The translations under genes were made by a program, and so were the position numbers. Positions 56,366 through 64,000 of a DNA stretch of 64,000 nucleotides are shown piece after piece; within the stretch, counting starts at the first letter, position 1, and each line of letters begins with the position of its first letter. Source of the stretch: Candidatus Omnitrophota bacterium (lineage in GTDB: Bacteria; Omnitrophota; Omnitrophia; Omnitrophales; JACROU01). The notes beneath the pieces were generated by a model. It made no database searches. It was not told the origin of the DNA and saw only the letters and a list, made by a program, of their open reading frames with translations. Where the stretch lies: positions 38,501 to 102,500 of the forward strand of contig JAJDCD010000023.1 in assembly GCA_029261035.1 (NCBI GenBank), written 5' to 3'.

Positions 56366-59300
56366 TTATTTCTGGTTCCCAATGGGGTCTACCCATACTT
56401 CGGGTTTTTCACCCCTCTTTAACTTATTAACGTTCATGGCAAGCTCAGACTTTATCTTTGTTTCTGTTGGAGTAGGAGAAACTTTCCAAAAATGAGGCTT
56501 AAATTCAGCCCAATTTTCGAGGATATTACGGGCATAAGCACTACTCGTAAAGTCGACATGTTTTTGAATTAGTGCTTTTAAATCTGCTTCATCTGAAGCT
56601 TCTTCAAGGCGATCAATTCGAATCAATTGTGGGTTAAACCGCTTTTCAAAACCATTCTCTAAATCGAGGACATAGGCTAAACCACCCGTCATGCCTGCAC
56701 CAAAATTTCTTCCTGTCGCGCCCAAAACAACAACGGTTCCACCCGTCATATATTCACAACAATGGTCTCCAGAACCCTCTACAACGGTATTCGCTCCTGA
56801 ATTCCGAACACAAAAACGCTCTCCTGCTTTTCCAGCAGCAAATAAATATCCTGAAGTTGCGCCATACATAACTGTATTTCCGATAATTACGTTTTCATTT
56901 GATTTAAACGTAGCATCCTGAGAAGGGCGAACAATTAGTTCACCACCACACAGGCCTTTGCCCACATAATCGTTTGCTTCTCCATTTAAAGTTAATCGCA
57001 ATCCCTTAACGGCAAAAGCACCAAAACTTTGCCCTGCTGTTCCCGTTAATTCAACGTCAATGGTTCCTGCCGGTAACCCTGCATCACCATAACGCTTTGC
57101 TACTTCATAAGACAGCTGCGTTCCGACCGAACGATTAATGTTACGAACCTCTTTTTTAATAGAAACAGTTTGTTTATTTTCTAAAGCTGCTTGAGCTTCA
57201 GAAATTAAATCCAAATCAAGGGGGTGGTCATTTTGCCAATCATTCCGCTCCATGGTTTGCTTTATATCACGGGATCCATCGGGGTTCGCGTTTGCAAGTA
57301 AACGCTCTAAATTTAATTTCTCTGCTTTTGGATACCCTTCTGGAACCATTGCTTCAAGAAGATCTGTCCGTCCAATAATTTCATCTAAAGATTTGGCTCC
57401 GATAGACGCTAAAATTTCTCTTATGTCTTCTGAGATTCCTCTAAAAAAGTTTACAACCATGTCTGCCGTTCCAGCATACTTAAGGCGTAACTTTTCATCT
57501 TGTGTCGCAACACCTACAGGACATGTATTTAAATGACATTGACGAATCATACAACAACCGGCTGCAATCAACGCCATCGTACCAAATCCATACTCTTCAG
57601 CACCTAAAAGAGCCGCCACAACAACATCTCGGCCTGTTTTCATACCTCCGTCAGCCCTCAGACGAATTCGACCTCTTAAATCGTTAAGAACCAGCACTTG
57701 CTGTGCTTCTGCAATACCCAACTCCCACGGCCCTCCTGCATTTTTAATCGAACTTAAAGGAGAAGCCCCTGTTCCACCATCGTGGCCACTAATCAAAATA
57801 TTATCTGCATGCGCTTTAGCCACACCGGCTGCAATAGTCCCGACCCCCGCAACACCCACTAGCTTTACAGTCACTCTAGCTTTTGGGTTTGCTTGTTTTA
57901 AATCATAAATAAGCTGTGCTAAATCTTCAATACTATAAATATCATGATGAGGAGGTGGAGATATTAATGTAACACCGGGTGTTGAATTTCTAAGCGCTGC
58001 AATTTCCGCTGTTACTTTATGGCCTGGTAATTGGCCCCCTTCTCCTGGCTTAGACCCTTGAGCTACTTTAATTTCCAATTCATCACATGCGCCTAAATAT
58101 TCAATCGTAACTCCAAAACGTCCAGAAGCAACTTGTTTAATTCGACTATTAGCCCAATCTCCATTTTCATAGGGTTTATATCTACTCTTATCTTCTCCGC
58201 CTTCTCCACTGTCTGATTTTCCGCCAATTCGGTTCATCGCAATAGCCAAGGTTTCATGAGTCTCTTTACTCAAAGCACCCAGAGACATTCCCGGTGTATT
58301 AAAACGAGAATAAAAATTTTCAACAGGCTCTACTTCATCGATAGAAATAGCTGCTCCCAAAGAGTTTATTTTTAAAATATCTCTTAGCGCGGTTACGGGA
58401 CGTTCTTTTACGAATTTAGCATAAGCATCATAGTCTTCCTTCTCACCACTCTTTACAAACTTATGAATCGTTTTAATTACATTAGGATTAAAAGCGTGAT
58501 ACTCACCCCCACCCCGATAACGGTAAAATCCGCCCACATCTAATTTTTTCAAAGGTTCTTGTCCATAAGCTTCTTCATACCAGCCCAAAACATCTTTTGC
58601 TAAATCTTCATAGTCAATACCGTCCACTTGAGAAACGCAGCCCGTGAAACATTCTTCAATCATTTTTTGACCTAAACCAATAGCTTCAAAAACTTGTCCG
58701 CCACAATAACTTGTAATCGTTGAAATTCCCATTTTTGAAAGAATTTTGAGCAACCCTTTAATCACTGAATATTGAAAATTTTTATTTGCTTGTTCTGCTG
58801 TCAGTTCCTTAATTTGCCCTGATGTTACCAGCTGATCAAGGGATTCTAAAGCAAGCGAAGGACAAACGGCATTAGCTCCAAAACCCACCAAAGTAGCAAA
58901 GTGATGAATCTCTCTAGCATCTCCAGTCTCTGCAACAATACCGGCTTTCATCCTCTTTCCTTGACGAATTAAATGGTGATGACACGCCCCTACAGCTAAA
59001 AGCATTGGAATGTGTGCCTGACCTTCAGAACTACCCGTATTATCCAAAACAATAATTTTTGCTCCGGAATCAATCGCCTTTTCTGCTTCAAGTACCATTT
59101 GTTTAATAGACTTTTCTAGACCGCTCACACCGTCTGCAACAGAAAAAAGACATGGAATCGTCACTGTTTTAAAAGCAGCATCTTTGCCAGACTTTATCGC
59201 TTCTAACTCTTCCCTTAGAAGACAAGGTGATGGAAGCTCAATTAAACGTGCATGCTCAGGAGTTTCATCAAATAAATTTTTTCTTTCTCCTAGATAAGTG

Positions 59301-60946
59301 ACGGACGACATCACCAACTCTTCTCGAATAGGATCAATTGCTGGGTTGGTAACTTGAGCAAAAAGTTGTTTAAAGTAGGTATACAACAATCGAGGTTTCG
59401 TAGAAAGCACTGCCAAAGGAGTGTCGTCTCCCATAGAGCCTACAGCGTCCTTTGCCGTTTCACCCATCGGCCTTAACACCATAGAAATTTCTTCAGCATT
59501 ATAACCAAAAGCTATTTGTCGTTTAAGCAACTCTTCATCAGATTTGTTTTTACTACTGTCATACTTTTGGACATCTAAATCCTCAATGCGCTTTAAATTA
59601 TCATCAACCCATTGGCCATAAGGATGTTGAGAAGAAATTTGGTTCTTAATTTCTTCATCAAAAAGAAGCTCCCCTTTGTGAGTATCAATCGCCATTATTT
59701 TTCCTGGTCCCAAACGATCTTTTAAGCGAATGTTGGATTCTGGTATTTGAACCATCCCTACCTCAGAACCCATAATAACAACGTCATCTTTAGTAACAAC
59801 AAAACGAGCAGGTCTAAGACCATTTCTGTCCAAAGTAGCTCCTACGGTGACTCCGTCCGTAAACGCAATCGCTGCAGGACCATCCCAAGGCTCCATAGAG
59901 CACACATGATATTCGTAATAAGAACGCCATTCTGGGTGAATCTCCTCATCTGCTCTCCAAGCTTCTGGAATCATCATTGTGATGGAATGAAGAATATCTC
60001 GCCCAGACATCATGATCGCTTCTAAAGCATTGTCAGCGCTCGCAGAATCGCTCGCATCCCCTTCTAAAATAGGCTTCAACTTTTCGACATCCTCTCCGTA
60101 AAAATCCGAAGACAAAGACCCTTCTCTTGCTTTCATCCAGTTTCTATTCCCCTCTACCGTATTAATTTCTCCATTGTGTGCAATCATTCGGAAAGGTTGA
60201 GCTAAACTCCAATTCGGAAAGGTGTTCGTGCTATAACGTTGATGAAATAAAGCGATCGATGTTTCATAATCCGGGTTGGCTAAGTCAGGAAAAAATTCCT
60301 TTAGCTGTGCCGCTATTAACATCCCTTTATAAATAATTGTTTTGGAAGAAAAAGAGGGAATATAAAAATCACTATCGTGAAGAGCTTCGATTTCGTGTTC
60401 CGTTTGTTTGCGAACGAGAAAAAGAATTTGTTCGAAATTTTCTGAGGAAACAGAATCCGGTCTAGAAACAAAAAGCTGTTTAATCAAAGGCATCGTTTCT
60501 CGAGCATTATCTCCAATAAGAGATGGCTCTACGGGCACTTCTCTCCAACCTAAAATATTAAGCCCTTGTTCTCGAACTACTTTTTCAGCAATTTGAGTTT
60601 CAGTCTTTTGCTTATTTGCTTCTTGAGAAAGGAAAAATACTCCAACACCCAAATCGCCTTCAGCAGGCATTTCGGCACCTATTTCCTTAAAGAAGGGTAA
60701 AAATAATTTTCGAGGAATTTGAGTGAGAATACCGGCTCCATCTCCAGTCTTCGCATCAGCACCAATAGCACCACGATGGGTAATATTAACCACCGACTCA
60801 ATCGCTTGCTCCAAAATAGAATGGCTTTTCTCGCCCTTAATATGGGCAACAAAACCCGTTCCACAAGCATCTTTCTCAAACCGAGATTGATACAGGGTAT
60901 TCTCTGGTAATGGTTTTAACCTACTATCTACTCTATACTTACTCAT
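56366..60946 (-). CDS. gltB: Glutamate synthase large subunit
   Basis: DACGTGF, HQRYSTNT, AHNGEIN, PWDGPA, IKQVASGRFGV, QGSKPGEGGQLPG, CHLNTCPVGV. Confidence 0.98.
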   Translation of the reverse strand: MSKYRVDSRLKPLPENTLYQSRFEKDACGTGFVAHIKGEKSHSILEQAIESVVNITHRGAIGADAKTGDGAGILTQIPRKLFLPFFKEIGAEMPAEGDLGVGVFFLSQEANKQKTETQIAEKVVREQGLNILGWREVPVEPSLIGDNARETMPLIKQLFVSRPDSVSSENFEQILFLVRKQTEHEIEALHDSDFYIPSFSSKTIIYKGMLIAAQLKEFFPDLANPDYETSIALFHQRYSTNTFPNWSLAQPFRMIAHNGEINTVEGNRNWMKAREGSLSSDFYGEDVEKLKPILEGDASDSASADNALEAIMMSGRDILHSITMMIPEAWRADEEIHPEWRSYYEYHVCSMEPWDGPAAIAFTDGVTVGATLDRNGLRPARFVVTKDDVVIMGSEVGMVQIPESNIRLKDRLGPGKIMAIDTHKGELLFDEEIKNQISSQHPYGQWVDDNLKRIEDLDVQKYDSSKNKSDEELLKRQIAFGYNAEEISMVLRPMGETAKDAVGSMGDDTPLAVLSTKPRLLYTYFKQLFAQVTNPAIDPIREELVMSSVTYLGERKNLFDETPEHARLIELPSPCLLREELEAIKSGKDAAFKTVTIPCLFSVADGVSGLEKSIKQMVLEAEKAIDSGAKIIVLDNTGSSEGQAHIPMLLAVGACHHHLIRQGKRMKAGIVAETGDAREIHHFATLVGFGANAVCPSLALESLDQLVTSGQIKELTAEQANKNFQYSVIKGLLKILSKMGISTITSYCGGQVFEAIGLGQKMIEECFTGCVSQVDGIDYEDLAKDVLGWYEEAYGQEPLKKLDVGGFYRYRGGGEYHAFNPNVIKTIHKFVKSGEKEDYDAYAKFVKERPVTALRDILKINSLGAAISIDEVEPVENFYSRFNTPGMSLGALSKETHETLAIAMNRIGGKSDSGEGGEDKSRYKPYENGDWANSRIKQVASGRFGVTIEYLGACDELEIKVAQGSKPGEGGQLPGHKVTAEIAALRNSTPGVTLISPPPHHDIYSIEDLAQLIYDLKQANPKARVTVKLVGVAGVGTIAAGVAKAHADNILISGHDGGTGASPLSSIKNAGGPWELGIAEAQQVLVLNDLRGRIRLRADGGMKTGRDVVVAALLGAEEYGFGTMALIAAGCCMIRQCHLNTCPVGVATQDEKLRLKYAGTADMVVNFFRGISEDIREILASIGAKSLDEIIGRTDLLEAMVPEGYPKAEKLNLERLLANANPDGSRDIKQTMERNDWQNDHPLDLDLISEAQAALENKQTVSIKKEVRNINRSVGTQLSYEVAKRYGDAGLPAGTIDVELTGTAGQSFGAFAVKGLRLTLNGEANDYVGKGLCGGELIVRPSQDATFKSNENVIIGNTVMYGATSGYLFAAGKAGERFCVRNSGANTVVEGSGDHCCEYMTGGTVVVLGATGRNFGAGMTGGLAYVLDLENGFEKRFNPQLIRIDRLEEASDEADLKALIQKHVDFTSSAYARNILENWAEFKPHFWKVSPTPTETKIKSELAMNVNKLKRGEKPEVWVDPIGNQK

Positions 60947-60991
60947 GAATCTAATATCCTTTTTCTAAGGGGCTCTCAATTTCTAACACTA

Positions 60992-61048
60992 GGGGAAATG
61001 GATTTTTGATACTGTTGCAAAGCAACTGTGTCAAAAATGCGTGTCCCC
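60992..61048 (-). repeat. ~58-bp bulged hairpin repeat, copy 4 (diverged)
   Basis: ggggaaatggatttttg...caaaaatgcgtgtcccc. Confidence 0.75.
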
Positions 61049-61194
61049 ACAACCCCACTTATATATGTAAAACCTAATCAGCGTAAAAGGGCTAGAATTA
61101 TACAAGGGACGGCACCTCTATATCAAGCTTTAAAATATTTTTGATTATAGGACAGTTTATGGGGTTTTCCTACGACCCTACAAAATGCTCCACT

Positions 61195-61235
61195 CCCTAA
61201 GGTGCCAGGCTCCTGAGGAGCCTGGCACCTTAGGG
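61195..61235. repeat. GTGCCAGG...CCTGGCAC long hairpin
   Basis: ccctaaggtgccaggctcc-tga-ggagcctggcaccttaggg, 19-bp stem. Confidence 0.8.
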
Positions 61236-61264
61236 ATAAAATGGCTACAGTTATAGGACATTAA

Positions 61265-61298
61265 CCCTCTCCTTCATGAGGAGAGGGTTAGGGTGAGG
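61265..61298. repeat. CCCTCTCC...GGAGAGGGTTAGGGTGAGG REP-like element
   Basis: Near-identical to 52911-52945. Confidence 0.8.
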
Positions 61299-61315
61299 AG
61301 TTCATTTTTAGAAAT

Positions 61316-64000
61316 TTAGGCCGCAACCTTAAGAGCTTGTTGAGCTTGGTGATATACGTAGAGATTTTGGATAAATTCTTGGGTCATCTGCCAAAGACCA
61401 TTTTGATTTTTAAGACCCAAAGAATGATAAAGCTGTTTTCGAGTTCTCTCATCTTGAACTAAAGCAATGCTTGTCATTAATTCCAATAGATCTGAAGTTC
61501 TAATACCGCTCTGTTCTACCAACTCTGAGTTCCAACGAACGCGTTCATAACTCTTCTTAATTTTAGGAAGATTCTGTCGGTCTGTTAAAGATTGAAAACT
61601 AATCCCGTTAGAAATTTCTTTCAATTCTTCCTTTACCTCGGAAACAAGAAAGTGTTGTTTGGCAATTACCTCAACCCCTTCTAAAGCCAACACTTGTTTT
61701 AACCCCTTCAGTTCTTCTGTTTCTTGCTGAAGTACAATAATTTTACTCCCTCGACGTCCTTTAAAAATAGAAACTAATTCTTCCTGTGCTACTTCATTTA
61801 ACATGGCTTCGCTTAAAATCCAAGCGATAGGCTCCAACTCTTTCTGTCCTAAACTCTGCGCTTTAACAATTACACCTTTAACACTATTAAGCGAAATAGC
61901 AAATTCAGATACTTGTCCAGGACCAACCTGTTTTATGTTAGATTGAATAAAGTCAAATAGAGTCTTATCCAATTGAACCTTATCTTGCTTTAACCATTGC
62001 TTTACAAGTCCTTCAGAAAAAAGATTTTTTGCGAATTCAGGAATTAACGAAATAACTTCACTATAAATTGCTTTTGTTTTTAACTTATACAGATTCTCTA
62101 TTGCAAGCTCTGATGTCTCTTCGTTAATAACGATAGCTGATGAAGATACGCTGCTAGGATCTAATCCCTTTGAAAATAATTTCATAACATACTGTCCAAC
62201 AGCATTTTGGAATACAGAAGCGTTTAGCCAAGTTTGAACATCTTCTAATGACAGGTAAGGACGCACATCTTCCGGCAATCTTTTTTCTATACCACGAAAT
62301 AACATCTCACTTATTGTTCCATGCTGTTCTTTTAATCGATACACTACCCCATGGTCTGAAGAAGACTGCATCATCGGCATTATCTTTTTAATTTCAGCCA
62401 TTTTGTCTCCAGAATACAATGCTGTTGGAACAAGATGACTCGCTTCTATTTCTACCCCTCTTTGCTTAAGCGCTTGAATAACCCAATTGTTTATAGGAGG
62501 CTTTGGAGTTGTTGTTTGTAAAATGCTAATAAAAACACTTCCACCAAAAGGACGCTTAACTCGAGCGATCAAATTCGACAAATCTTTCATCTCATCTATC
62601 GTTGAAAGTCCCCTCTCGGTATGTCCAATAAGAAAGTCTCTTCTTACCATAGACAAATAGTTTTCTGTAGACATTAAATCTACGGCCCATACATGATCAT
62701 ATGATTCATCTACAAGAATCTGACTGCTGACTTCAAATACACTTTTTTGTATCAAAGTAAAGCTACCTCCAGACTCTTGAATCTTATCTTTTACCTGTTG
62801 ATACAATGCATTTAATTGCGGCGCATAAACCGTTGAGGGTTCCACAACAGTCACCTGAGCACCCATCATTGCTGAAATTAATGAAAACACCGTATGTCCT
62901 GGCCCTATCTCCAACAACCGATCTCCAGGCTGAACGGAGACAGAATTAAAAATTTTCTCTACTTCTCTTTCAGACAAAAAGAACCCTGATTTGTACTTAA
63001 AACTTTCAACACCTGTTAAAACGCTCATTGCACTAGGAGCTGCTTTACTTGCTTTCTCAAAATCAAGGTTTTCTTTTAAATATTTAAAAACTTCTTTAAC
63101 ATCTCCTGGTTCGTTCCTGTCTAGTTTTTGCGACATTTCAGGAAAAGAAACACCTAAGCTAGCTGCTTTTACAGAACTAGCCTCTTCTACCAACCTCGAA
63201 AAAACATTATCGGTATTCAAAGAAATACTTCCTGGTAAAACTTTTGGTAAACCTGCATACGCATTCTTAATACTTATCACCTCAGAAAGCCAAGGCAAGT
63301 CCCTTTTAGCAACTACCCAATCGGCAAGACGAACAATTTTTTTTACAGACTCCAAGCTTCTCCCTTCTCGGGCTAGCTTTTCCGCAAATAGCAGCTCTGC
63401 TTGCGAGCCCAAACTTTGAGCATCAATACGATTAAAATGAAAACCACTTCCGTTATCCAACATATTGGTTCGCCAATCAATTTGACCACTTTCATCTAAC
63501 AAATTCCGATCTCCAAGCACCACTCTTACAGCAGACAAATGAGTTCCATGCCCAAATAGCACAACAACTTTTTCGTTGTCTTGATAAGTATCATTTATTT
63601 TTTCCATCAATTTCTTTGCTCGGTCTAAAACTTTTAAGAAACTCTCTCCCCTAGGAAATTGAATTCGCGCATTGGCAGCATAACGATACATGTATTCAAG
63701 CTCAAGTTCTTGAGAATCAAAGTTGGCAACTGATTTTTGATCTGCTGTACCAAAGCTCATTTCATTCAACAAGGGTTCTTCAACAACTTCCAGATTAGTT
63801 CCCGTCCGTTCTTGAAAATGCTGAATAAAAGCATCTGCAGTCTCCTTTGAACGTCCCAACTCGCTTGTCATAACAACAACCTGTTTCCCATCAAGTACTA
63901 ATTCTTCAAGTTGAGCATATAATGCTTCAGCTGCCAGCTTCGCCTGCAACTGCCCCTTTTCATTTAACTGGTTATCCGGCTCGTCTACATTCCCCTGGAA
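61316..64000 (-). CDS. 5'-truncated large modular protein: histidine-phosphatase domain, ~80-aa module, SAM-methyltransferase-like module, C-terminal domain ending -AA
   Basis: Frame is open to the window edge (FQGNVDEPDNQLNEKG...); S-x-L-x-R, EMSFG, GESF, GHG; LLEIGPG; AQSLG 63407, AASLG 63152, AQSLG 61847. Confidence 0.85.
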   Translation of the reverse strand, partial: FQGNVDEPDNQLNEKGQLQAKLAAEALYAQLEELVLDGKQVVVMTSELGRSKETADAFIQHFQERTGTNLEVVEEPLLNEMSFGTADQKSVANFDSQELELEYMYRYAANARIQFPRGESFLKVLDRAKKLMEKINDTYQDNEKVVVLFGHGTHLSAVRVVLGDRNLLDESGQIDWRTNMLDNGSGFHFNRIDAQSLGSQAELLFAEKLAREGRSLESVKKIVRLADWVVAKRDLPWLSEVISIKNAYAGLPKVLPGSISLNTDNVFSRLVEEASSVKAASLGVSFPEMSQKLDRNEPGDVKEVFKYLKENLDFEKASKAAPSAMSVLTGVESFKYKSGFFLSEREVEKIFNSVSVQPGDRLLEIGPGHTVFSLISAMMGAQVTVVEPSTVYAPQLNALYQQVKDKIQESGGSFTLIQKSVFEVSSQILVDESYDHVWAVDLMSTENYLSMVRRDFLIGHTERGLSTIDEMKDLSNLIARVKRPFGGSVFISILQTTTPKPPINNWVIQALKQRGVEIEASHLVPTALYSGDKMAEIKKIMPMMQSSSDHGVVYRLKEQHGTISEMLFRGIEKRLPEDVRPYLSLEDVQTWLNASVFQNAVGQYVMKLFSKGLDPSSVSSSAIVINEETSELAIENLYKLKTKAIYSEVISLIPEFAKNLFSEGLVKQWLKQDKVQLDKTLFDFIQSNIKQVGPGQVSEFAISLNSVKGVIVKAQSLGQKELEPIAWILSEAMLNEVAQEELVSIFKGRRGSKIIVLQQETEELKGLKQVLALEGVEVIAKQHFLVSEVKEELKEISNGISFQSLTDRQNLPKIKKSYERVRWNSELVEQSGIRTSDLLELMTSIALVQDERTRKQLYHSLGLKNQNGLWQMTQEFIQNLYVYHQAQQALKVAA

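Noticed and set aside
246-63419. Many 60-145 aa ORFs antisense or out of frame within long genes
   Set aside because: Shadow ORFs of well-supported genes with no motifs or SD
1-64000. tRNA, rRNA, IS or prophage genes
   Set aside because: None recognised by eye; tRNAscan-SE and Rfam were not run

Overview
AT-rich bacterial chromosome segment with no rRNA, tRNA, CRISPR array or transposase that I can see. Lineage is inferred, not shown: giant signal-peptide proteins, a long Planctomycete-type ACP, DUF1571 and a Chlamydia-type tandem ThyX point to the PVC superphylum, possibly Ca. Omnitrophota. Housekeeping content: a complete 14-gene complex I split into two convergent halves (nuoA-I on +, nuoJ-N on -), thyX, leuCD, system II cytochrome c maturation, a ydbH/ynbE/ydbL-like trio, queD, an accessory type II FAS-like cluster, mutY and gltB. 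Two things stand out. (1) Three dispersed large proteins (34-8568, 25701-30785 and the truncated 61316->64000) share one architecture: signal peptide plus a conserved N-terminal domain with Tiki/TraB/EreA-like motifs (visible in the two complete genes), unrelated cargo modules bounded by a [G/A]-x-S-L-G motif, and a C-terminal domain ending in Ala-Ala. Cargoes are a novel 19-copy ~104-aa repeat, a protein-kinase-like domain, a histidine phosphatase and a methyltransferase. This looks like a family of exported, possibly self-processing polyproteins. (2) A non-coding element occurs three times with an invariant internal-loop core held between fully co-varying 16-19 bp stems, amid at least five other families of REP-like palindromes.
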